This document shows positions 28,101 through 38,200 of a stretch of DNA of 64,000 nucleotides, piece by piece. The stretch lies in the NCBI RefSeq assembly GCF_964355755.1, contig NC_092671.1, positions 39,876,304 through 39,940,303 of the forward strand, given 5' to 3'. How positions within the stretch are numbered: position 1 is the first letter of the stretch; every line of letters begins with the position of its first letter. A program made the translations under genes and the position numbers. The notes under the pieces are model-generated. The model saw only the letters and a program-made list of their open reading frames with translations. It was not told where the DNA came from and did not search any database. This DNA comes from Antedon mediterranea (Eukaryota; Animalia; Echinodermata).

Positions 28101-30095
28101 TTTTAAAATGTTTAAGATCTTAATTCTTTCAGAATACTGTACATACAAAGAAACCATTAGGACAACTGCATGTTAAGTAATGAAGCCTTTTTGTTAAGAT
28201 GTCCTTGTGCAAATTTAGCAATCTAAACGCAGCATTTGTCAATCAATTTCTCAGAATATTTTTAATTATTTTATTGAATATTTAAACAAATACTACCTAC
28301 TGGAAATCTTAAGCTCTGTCTACACTATCAAACTAGAAAAAAGTGTGTGCCCAAACATGGAAGTGATATACACAAATATGGTAGTGGTATGACACCATCA
28401 TGTCCATATTTGGGAACATCACATTTGTTTTTTGTCACATACAGTTTGATAGTTTAGACACTGGCTTATAAATTGTGTCTGACTTACTGCGTTTTCACTT
28501 TATTTGTTTCTTTATCTGATGTTGGAGATGGGATAATTTTAGAATTGCATTCTGTGATGTCACTACGGAACTGAAGATAAGCACTGAAATTAAATGCACA
28601 ACATCATAAACAATAATAGTAAAGTAATACGATTGTTAAGTTTGTACTTATTTTCAATATAGTAAGATGCCAGTTTAGACCAGAAAACCTAACCACATAA
28701 TTGTATAATGCTACAATAAGTATACAACTTATGTATTCACATATGTAATGTTGTATTTATTCAAAATGCAGTCACACAAGAATGAGTACAGCTCTGTCTA
28801 CACTATAAAACTTTATGTGACAACAAAATGTCACATTAAGTGTGATAGTGAAGACAGAGCTTAATGCTACGATAAGTATACAGTAACTATTTATTCACAT
28901 ATTTAATGTTATATTTATTTTAAAAAAACATTGCAGTCACACAACAGAATGAGTAAAATATGAATAAAATCATTAGAAGTATACAATAATGTTTATATAA
29001 ACACAAGAGGCAAAGAACATTAATTCTAAACCGCCGACCCGGTGATATACTGAAAGTTTATTAATTAATTTGAGATGACAAGATGAAGAAATCTATAAGA
29101 ATGAGAAAAAGTCGCCCCAACCTAGATTCAAACCAGGAACCTTCTGCTTGATATGCAGATGTCCTAACTATTAGACCACTAGGGCTTTCATGGTATTGTT
29201 TACACCTGATTGGATAGCAACTCTGTAACACTCTCTGCGTTTTATGGCATAAATATAAATATATAATAATTGCACTGTTTTGTGTACCTTTCTAAGCGAT
29301 GGTATTTCTTCAACCTACGTCTTGCCTTTGTGTTTCTTGTTACTTGTGTACTAAGAGGGATGAACTTATTCTGGGGAAAATCTTGTTTTGATGTGTACAT
29401 AAAATCACGATGAACAGTGGGCAAGAGGGCGGTAGACAAAAACGAAAATTGGTTCAAGTTGCTGCGTGATATCAAACCTTCCAGGATTATACATCGCTAC
29501 AAAAAATAAGAATTTAAATCACATTTGCTCTATAAAGCTATGTGTACACTTTCAAACTTTATGTGATATAATGCAATGCGCTCATCATTATCACTACCAT
29601 ATTTGGGCACAAACTAGTTTGAAAGTGTAAACTCAAAGGCTCAAGAATACTTATTAAATAATCAAATATGTATTTAGGATTACCATATGAAAATGCATAA
29701 AGATACAAAGTATATAAAAAATAAAATATGAATAAAAACTATTATTTCTAGATATTTATATTTCTCTATATTTCAGCTTGCAAACTGTAGGATTTCCCTT
29801 CTTACTAGTTTGCCTAACAAGAAATTTTAATTATTACTAATAAGAAATTGAAATATTATAATATTGAAACATCAAATGGTTTCCGAGTCAGGATTTAAGA
29901 GAATAAAAAAAATCACACCTGATCGTGAGACCAGCCATCTATCCACAGAAGTAGATGATCAAGCTGCCTTTCATACTCTAGCTTATCCGTTGTTAATCTT
30001 ATAACATCATCTTTACATTCATCGACATCACCATTCTTATATAGTTTTTGACCAGAAAATGATTTACACAAATTATGTATTGTCGGTTGTTCCAT
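22153..30095 (-). CDS. F-box/WD40-repeat protein (FBXW family SCF substrate receptor), 15 coding exons
   Basis: Phase-consistent GT-AG exons: 30095-29919, 29496-29288, 28583-28488, 27856-27719, 27272-27038, 26254-26164, 25857-25775, 25585-25414 (F-box: DFISLLPKNIAFIILRNLEPKSLLIAAQVSHTWNALS), 25308-25188, 25027-24910, 24274-24089, 23579-23457, 23025-22841, 22715-22605, 22282-22153. WD40 repeats e.g. LKGH...LASGSKDTTIKIWD, LVSGSYDCTIKVWN, IVSASYDNKLRVWDF; stop TAA at 22153-22155. Confidence 0.92.
22313..22424. mobile_element. MITE family A, internally deleted copy
   Basis: gtctacactatcaaactag...gtgatgtgcccaaatatggtagt...gggcacatcac. Confidence 0.75.
23166..23288. mobile_element. MITE family A (PIF/Harbinger-like)
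   Basis: TIR ctctgtctatactatcaaact ... agtttgatagtgtagacagagct, flanked by TAA/TTA. Confidence 0.85.
23808..23959. mobile_element. MITE family A
   Basis: agctctgtctacactatcaaact...aaagtttgacagagct; internal 21 bp ccaaatatggtagtgatatg repeats. Confidence 0.85.
26381..26900 (-). mobile_element. 5'-truncated non-LTR retrotransposon (Rex1/L2-like) in an FBXW intron
   Basis: ORF 26528-26881 (FYRSVICSVWTYCLSCWAGN...DASHPLH...SGRLRLLSVKTNRFAKSFIPSGI) resembles the post-RT C-terminus of Rex1/L2 ORF2; 3' end gaggatcaataaaagtt followed by an (ATCTT)n tail at 26381-26406. Confidence 0.85.
27395..27610 (+). mobile_element. Penelope-like terminal fragment with a minimal hammerhead ribozyme motif, followed by a ~69 bp duplication
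   Basis: CTGATGA(27399)...GGGC-tagtgtt-GCCC-GAAAGCTT-TGC; tgcttatttt...tgtatctccattgagatccagccactgatacccacagcattg occurs twice (27478-27610). Confidence 0.55.
28312..28466. mobile_element. MITE family A
   Basis: agctctgtctacactatcaaactag...agtttgatagtttagacactggct. Confidence 0.8.
28790..28861. mobile_element. MITE family A, minimal 72 bp TIR-only copy
   Basis: agctctgtctacactataaaact...gatagtgaagacagagct followed by TAA. Confidence 0.75.
29112..29186 (-). mobile_element. tRNA-derived SINE head / tRNA-like pseudogene
   Basis: Minus strand reads agccctagTGGTCTAATAGttaggacatctgcatatcaagcagaaggttcctGGTTTGAATCTaggttgggg, with A- and B-box-like motifs but degenerate stems. Confidence 0.6.
29536..29632. 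mobile_element. MITE family A, diverged copy
   Basis: agctatgtgtacactttcaaact...cactaccatatttgggcac...agtttgaaagtgtaaac. Confidence 0.7.
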
Positions 30096-30147
30096 TGAAT
30101 TATTCAGGTTTTCTAAAACATAATTGAAAATTGATTTATTTATTTAA

Positions 30148-30398
30148 AGATGTATTGTCCCCAAAATAAATCACTTTTAATAGATTATTTTGTAGTTTTA
30201 ATTAAAACATAATAATAATGTTTTCACGTATAAAATGACAAAATAAAGGGTTAAATTCAACCAAAAACCCAAGTTTTTTCAGGTATATAAATTTGTTTTC
30301 GATCTAATTTTTTGTCAAAAAAAAACTATTAATTTATTATATGATATTAAAATGGCATATTCAACAAAAAAATATTTTTTCAGAGGGACAATACATCT
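30148..30398. mobile_element. TTAA-flanked MITE (Kolobok-like), 251 bp
   Basis: Perfect 14 bp TIR AGATGTATTGTCCC / GGGACAATACATCT with TTAA on both sides (30144-30147, 30399-30402). Confidence 0.85.
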
Positions 30399-30967
30399 TT
30401 AAGCTGAGCTACCTTTAGGTAATTGAGTACCCAATCCTCGGCAACGTACAAGGGCCCATCACACAGGTATTGGTTGGTGGTAAACCCGGCCTAGTTGTAA
30501 CGATATAATAATAGAGAGCAACCAAATCAGCCTAATTCTAAAAACGATTAACACTATAGTTTCTAATAAATAACTTTATCGATATTAAATAATGATTCAA
30601 ATACTGACAATATCACAGATTTCAGTACAAACAACAACACTTACTAACTTACTTTGTGGGTCGGCTTACTTACTCGTCTTGTCCCATACTGTACTCTGTT
30701 GTTCGTTCAACCGTAACAAATATTGTGGTACTATTTGGATTAGTTCATTATTCCAGGAGGTAGTCAACGCGGAGCAGCGTTAGTTTTATTTTGATATTCT
30801 AAAGTATTGGGGTTCTTTAAAGACATGATGTATTGATGATGGCATTTTATTTGTAATTATTCAGTTTTAATAAATATCAACTTGGTAAGTACAATAATTA
30901 AGCAATTACATGAACACAGATGGTTATTTAAAAATGGAATAGTCAAACTAATCAGCTATTGGTAGTT

Positions 30968-30980
30968 GTCACTAAGCAAC
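30968..30980. promoter_or_regulatory. RFX X-box-like motif at the presumed FBXW promoter
   Basis: GTCACTAAGCAAC upstream of a likely 5' exon whose donor GA|GTAAGT is at 30673. Confidence 0.4.
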
Positions 30981-31499
30981 CATACACAAGCGGCCGTGTG
31001 GTACGAAGTTGATAGTTAAGTTGATAGTCTGTTCAATGAGGGAAGAAGAATTTCACTCATCGTTCAATACAATTTAGTAAATCAAGTTCTTAAGATGATC
31101 TAACTTTTTATAGATTTGACTCAACTTGGTGTAGAGACTAGAAGTCTTTCAGTTATTGTCTCATATGCTATCCTATTTCTATATATTATGTCAAAAACTG
31201 AAATCATCATTTTTAAATATTCTTTCTTTCTTCCCTTTTGGAAAAATACTTTTTCTGCTTTCTCTTTTTCCTCAAACCTTTGAGATATAATAGCCTCTAA
31301 CTAAATATAATGTGTATCATATATTTAATGTATTCTGTTTGTAATTTTAAAAATCTGTCATTGTGTGTCTGTCATTTATGTATCGAGTCATGAAATGCCG
31401 TAAGTTTAGAAAAAAAAACACACCACAACAAATATGCAATAACAATTATTTAGTAGCGTGTCACACACAGATACAGATTAAAATATTTCCACATTACAC

Positions 31500-31644
31500 T
31501 CTGTCCTATGCTAATTCTTTGTTTATGTAGAGCATCTTGTGTATATGTTTGTCTTGTGGAATTTTAAATAGTTTATCCATCCTGTAATTGGCGGGTTACT
31601 CGCTGTTGGATGAGTATGAAATAAAAAAAAAAAAAAAAAAAAAA
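31500..31644 (+). mobile_element. Retroposon 3' end with poly(A) tail
   Basis: T-rich segment ending ...gagtatgaAATAAA plus about 20 A at 31623-31644. Confidence 0.5.
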
Positions 31645-32019
31645 GTAAGAAACACTACAACACATTGAACTTAAGTACACACACTACAATATTAGCACAT
31701 ACTTCATGATATCTAAACAAAAGGATTGATTGCAACAATCTTGGTTGAAGGGACACACTATAACACTTTTAAAACATTTAAATTGCTAGTATCTGTACAA
31801 TGCAACATTTATGAAAAGAAATCGCGTATCAACAACTGAATGAAAGAACAAAGTCAGGTGAGACCCAGGTCAGATGATTAACATAATACAGGTGGTCAAG
31901 ATGTTTTTCGTGCAATTTTAGAAACGTATTTTCTGATGACCATACTATCCAGATTAATGTTCTAAATGAGGCAACCTCAACTGATATTTTTAAAAAAAAG
32001 TCTTTTTCTTCTTATTTTG

Positions 32020-32226
32020 GATAGGGTAGACAGATGCCTTTTTCACTCAAGCTCCTGTGAATACTGTTTCGACGCGCTCTCTTATGGAAGTGCTGGAGAA
32101 CGGAGTGGATAGTTCTTTTGCTGTACTTCCTTTTTTGTTTATTTTAGGCTTGGATTACTTTTGTGTGTAAAGCACTTGGAAACATTGTATTAAGCGCTAT
32201 ATAAGTCTACCATTATTGCCACCATT
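32020..32226 (+). mobile_element. SINE/LINE 3' fragment with an L2-type tail, antisense in the KIAA2012-like 3'UTR
   Basis: tgtaaagcacttggaaacattgtattaagcgctatataagt...cattatt; a similar tail is at 364-420. Confidence 0.5.
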
Positions 32227-32249
32227 AAAAATGTCAACTGAATAAGTTG

Positions 32250-35200
32250 TTATGATGCAGGTTCCACTGGTTTATCAGCAGGTGGTTTCCGCCCTGCAGG
32301 CCTTCTCTGTTTCTTCTTGGTTGATGTTAGCCTTTTCTCGTACGTTTGTCTAGGCCAGTGAACGTAGTATGAGAACACCCATGGACGAGTTGTCCCTTGA
32401 GTTCGACGGACGTTGTTCAAATGTGAAAAGTGCTCTCGGTTCGCCTCCCGTCTTCTCATGGCCCAGATTTTCTGGCCTTCTAATTTTTTCAGGACTCTAG
32501 CACGTGCTTCTTCTTCTGCTTTTTTAATCTGAGTTTTAAAAATGAGAAATAAAAGAATTAATTTAAATTATATAAAAAATAATTATGCCTACTTTTTCCA
32601 TAATTATACATTCAACATATAAAGCTCTGTCTACACTATCAAACTTGATATGCCATATTTGGGCATCACTACAGAGATATCTCCAGACAGAGATTTAGTG
32701 TTAGTAAAGAAAGGTTTGCGAAACACTTTGTGAATTGAGAACGTTAAAGCTTAGTTCCCACTAGAACGTAACGCAAGGACGTAAACGCAACGCAAGCATT
32801 TTAACCAATGACAAGCGAAGTAATAGACGGTTAGCAATCACAAGCGAATAAGCCATCGCTTGTGATTGGTCAATTCACTTGCGTTCCGTTACGTCCTTGC
32901 GTTGCCTCGCTAGTGGGAACCACGCTTTAGGTAGTTACACTACAATTTTCTTGTGGATATTCATTTAAGATATCACAAACTTTACTGTGAGTACAATACA
33001 CTACTAACAAATACAGTTCAACTAACATTGATAAATAAACTTTATAATATTAAATGAACACAGTACCTGTAGGAGCCGTTGCTTTTCAATTTCTCTTAGC
33101 CTTTCTTTTTCAAGTTCTTCTAATCGTCTTTCTTCTTCTTCTTTTGCTTTAATACGTTGCTGTTCTAACCTACATAACAAAATATAAATTATAGTAATAA
33201 CATAATTATTTGATACTATAATAATATAAGCTATTTTATCATAGTTTACAATACTGTATACAGTTTCATTATGGATACAAATACTGCATCTAGTATCTGC
33301 CTCAGACATATTGGCCCACGTCTTTCCTCTGATTAAGGTGGGCACTGGACGAGAGAAGCCCTTGATCAATGTTAGGACCAATCAAGGTGCTTTAAACAGT
33401 CCTGACTAAGTTTTATCCATCATTCAGATGAATGTTAAACTAATTGACATTGTCGGTTATGACAGACGTCGGCCATAAACAAACAAAAACGCTAACCTAA
33501 TCAGTTCTTCCTTTTCTTTTTGTTTTTCTGCTTCAATGGCAGCTATTTTCATTCTTTCTTCAGCTTCTCTGCGTTCCTTTACTAGACGACTAAGAGCTTC
33601 TTCCTCAGCCTTTAAACATAAACATTCAAGATATTTCAAGACATTCACTTATGTTGTCATCTGTATAATACTGATTTGTAAATTCACTCATTACATAATA
33701 TTTAAGAAATATGTGTATTTCAACAGTTGAAGTCTAAAAGTAGTAATAATTTTGATAATTGAATAAAATGAGCGGTATTCTTGCACCAAAGAGTAAAATC
33801 AAATAAAAATCAACTTTACCTCTTTTTCCAGTTCTCTTATTCGTTCTTCCTCTTCTTCCATTTTTTGTTTTTCTTCCTCTTCTTGTCGCTCCAACTCTTC
33901 CCTCTCTTCTCTCTCCCTTTCTTCTCTTTCCCATTCCATTTCTCTTTCAAGTTCTTTCTGTCTGATTATATCCTCCACTGAAGCTAATTTATCTTTCATT
34001 TCCTGTTCCCTTTTTCTAGCAGCTTCTTCCTATAAAAGAAATCAAGTGAAACATATTTTTACAATTTTTACTTCACAATTGAAATTAATCAATTTCTTTA
34101 AAACAGCTTTTATATACACACTACAGTAAACCTACCATTTTCTTTCTTTCTTCTCTCTGTTTATTTTTCTCTTCTTTCTTTCGTTCCATCTCTGCTTTCC
34201 TTTTAGCTTCTCTTTCTTCTCTTGCTACCTTCCTTGATTCTAGTAGCATTAATCTAGCCTGTTCCTCAGCTTCCTTTGCCGATTCTGCTTCCCTTAGTGC
34301 ATCCTGCATCTCTTCCTCCATTTCCTGGAAATCAAACACACTTGTCAAGAAAATGTTTACGACTTTCCATCTATACCTCAAATAAATTATTTTGATAAAA
34401 TGTAGAGGCCAACGCTGGGGGCCTAGTTCTTTTCGACATATTTTAATGCTTTTAATTCCTCTGGACACTGCTCAGGACCCCACAAGCTCTGGGGCCCCTG
34501 GGTTTATTCAGTGAGTGCTCATAGCTGTTACGCCACTGCATCTTACAGAACAAAGTAAATCATCAAAAAACACTACAAATAAAATATTGTTTAAAAATAT
34601 GGAAATTTGCAACATTGCTTACTATCTTATTCCTCTTTTCTTCTTCCTCTAATCTTCTTTTTTCTTCTTCTTCTGCCTTTTTCTTTGCCTTTAACGCTTT
34701 TGCTTCTTCCTCTTTCAACTAAAGAAAACAATAAGTCGATAAATATTATCTTCAAACAACATAAAAACTAAACTTGAATCACCCAATTAACTAGCTAACT
34801 ACCAGTCAGCTCCCCAGTTAGTAGAAATTCACTTACTTTCTTCTCTCTCCTTCGTAATTCTCTTAACTCTTCTCTTTCTTTCAGAATCTGTTTCTTGCTC
34901 TTTTTCTTGCCTTTATTGCTTTCTTTAACTACATTTTTAATCGTCTCATCGTCAGTATCAAAGTTTACAGTGGTTTCTGCAAAAAATAACAAAACAATTG
35001 AAAGTGCAACAGCTTAAACAGATTTCGGGTAGATTTTTAATTCAATTTTAAAGATGAAGTTGTTTCATTACAATGTAGAAAGGGTTACTACCTTCTTGTT
35101 GTAAATTTTCAGCTTGTTTCTGGTCATCTGATTCTGGCACCTCAATCAAACCCTGCTCTTTTAACTCTTTTTCCAACTAAAAAATAACATCCAGTAAAAT

Positions 35201-38200
35201 GACATTCTTGATTTTTAATACAGTACAGCGTTATTAGCAAACCAACAAACTATAGGTTGCATTGAGAAAATGTCCTATTACATAAAACATGACTAAAGCT
35301 CTGTCTACACTATCAAACTTTATGTGACAAAAAAATATATCACCACCATATTTGGGCCCATCAAACTTGTTTTGTCAAACTAGTTTCATAGTGTAGACAG
35401 AGCTACTCTGGGTAGGAGGGTGTACCCTGAGTAGTAGGGTGTCCCAAATGGCGGTTTCCATTAAATAAAGAGCATTGAGAAAAATGTCCTATGGAATAAA
35501 ATATGACTAATACTGGATTTGAACCCAGGCAGTTGTAAAACAGTTACCAACCTCCTCTTGAATCATCTTTTCAATTTCATCAGTACTAGGTTCTTCATAC
35601 GTTTCTGTCAACAAGCTGTCATTTAAGTCAGGCCCGCCAATCACTTTTGTTTTATTCACTTCAATATGTGGTTTCTTCCCTTCGATATTTGGTTTCTTCA
35701 AATATAATAAATATTTGTTACATTCATCATTTATTGTTTTTCGTTTTTAATACAGTTTAAGTGATAATTATGGCTATTATATTTGTAAATACAAGAGCAA
35801 AACCTTCAATAGAACTTTTAGCACAATTTAGCAACCAAAGAGTGTACTCATTATCGTACAAAGAGTGTACTCATTATTGTACAAAGAGTGTACTCATTAG
35901 CAACCAAAGAGTGTACTCATTATTGTAAACTTACTGATCTATTTGTGATTGACTTCAGTGAGAATAAATCCAAATCTTCCACTGGAGTACTCGTGCTACT
36001 TTCTGGTGGTTGTTTCTTAATTGTTGGGGTTCCAGCATGTACTGGCGTTGTAACTTTCTTCAATATAGAAGCTGTGTTTTTTGTGGCTGGGGGCTTTGGG
36101 GTTAATGAAGAAGACTGCTGTGTCTGAATAGTTGGTGGCGGCAATGATGGTATTCTTGGTAGTGACGGCTTTGCTGAAGGTATTCTTGGCGGCGGTGGCT
36201 TAGGTTCAGATATTTTGATAAACTGTTTGGATTTTTCTTCTCTTTTAAGAGATGTTTTTATCCGTGATTCAACATCATCTGATGGTGTTTCCTTTCTCTC
36301 GTAGACATTCTCAGGTGGATGTGGCATCAATGAGGATCTTTGCATTGCAGATTCAGAAGACTTACTAGATGCTGACATCAAAGATTGTCGATCTGATGTT
36401 TTTTTAGGAGAATCTTCTGAAAAATAAAACAAAATTCTGTTCAGTAAACAAAATGAAACAAATGAAACAAACTTTTTGCTTTATTTATTTATCTCAATAA
36501 ATTACACAACGCCATCACACTCGCACGCCCTCGTGTGTTGTTGTTGCAGTGCACCACCTTGCGCCCTATCGAGCGACATTGTTGTCGCCATGTGTTAGTT
36601 GGTTCTAGTAGGCCTAGTGTCGATTGATATTATTTTGGTTTGTTTATTAAAAGTGTTCATATCTCCGTGAAGTTGATTAGTCTTTATTGCTGCAAGCATA
36701 ACAAATAACAGATAAGGACATAAGACAGCTGGGAACCCCAAAATTAAACTACTACTAATGTAATACTTACTCTATATCTTAGAAGGAAAATATTTATGTT
36801 ACAGAAAGATAAAACTTTTCATTAATTCATACAAACATTATTCAAATTAGTTTAAATAATGAATTAAATACTGTAGGCAAATTAAAATTTCCTACCTGAT
36901 GTGATTTCTGGCTGATGCTCTGTGAGAGGTCCAGACGTTTGAGAAATTTCTGTACTGATTTGATCTTCTTTATGAAGTCCAGGCTTTTTATCAAGTTCTG
37001 TATTGATCTGATCGTCTGTTTCTATTTTTCTTGTATCACGATTTTCTTCACCTGCCTGTGGTAATGCTGATGCTTCATCATCTAAGTCATCTGAAATCAA
37101 AAATGAATCTTTTATCATTATTACTAATTACTTTATTAATGAGATCTATGATAGAATATCAAAGAAACCATACAGATGAAGCTGATTGAGTCTTAAATAA
37201 GCAATAGGAAATTACCCTATAATGAATATCAATATTTTATTATTTGCTTAGAATTAATGTCATAAAAAGGTTTTGAATTTATATTTAAAAAGAAATTGAC
37301 ATTTATTTACTTTCCTTCTTTGTTTGTTACATTATTAATTCTTTAAGCTGGAAAAAATACTACAAAATGTTGCTATAAAATGGTGAAAAAAAAGTTTGTA
37401 TTTCAATGTTTTTACATACATATGCTTTGTAACTGTTCCTCATTAAAATCAGATTCTAAAACAGAATTGGCGGCACTTGCTGGAAAGTTCACAGACCTAA
37501 CACTGTGCCGGGATGACCCAGAGGTCAGGGGTCTCTGAAAAATAAACAAAAAAAGAACAATTAGAACTAATTACTATGAATTGGAGCTAATTAGAACAAA
37601 GAAACCTGTGGAAAATACAGTGCTGCAGTTAATTAATAGCTTTGCTTATCATATAATTAAGTCTAAACTCTGTCCACACTATCAAACGTTATGCGACAAA
37701 AAAATGTGATGTGCCCATATATGGAAACAATGATGTCATATCACAACCATATTTAAGCATATCACTACCATATTTGGGCACATCACACTTTTTTGTCAAA
37801 CTAGTTTGATATTGTAGACAGAGTTTTAGTGTACTAGCTATGGTGCTATGAAGAATAAAAATTCAGTAACAATATTACATGTTTTTGTCATTATTTCTCT
37901 GAAAATAGCAAAAGAAAACTCTGACCAAACTTAAAGCCTTGGCTTAATGCGTCCTCACACAATTATATTATTAATTTATGTTCTGTATTATATTGTGTGA
38001 AACAATAAACTTAAACTTGACTTACTACTTTCTCCTTAGTTGGTGTTGAACTATTTATTGCTGGTTGACTCTTTGATGCTTCAGTAGCATTCAATGACAG
38101 TGCTCCATCTTCTGATATAGAGTCTGTCTCAATTTTGTCATTCAACTCTTTGCCATCACTTGAAAAATGGCTTAGTACTGCTTAAAAAAAAACAACCATA

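Noticed and set aside
29112-29186. Functional tRNA gene
   Set aside because: The B box and acceptor stem are degenerate; a SINE head is the better explanation.
30674-30687. Upstream ATG (ATGGGACAAGACGA|gt) as the FBXW start codon
   Set aside because: Splicing to the acceptor at 30112 puts it out of frame with the main ORF; at most a uORF.
37311-37347. Possible micro-exon in the KIAA2012-like gene
   Set aside because: Inclusion in the required phase gives an immediate stop; the flanking exons join in frame without it.
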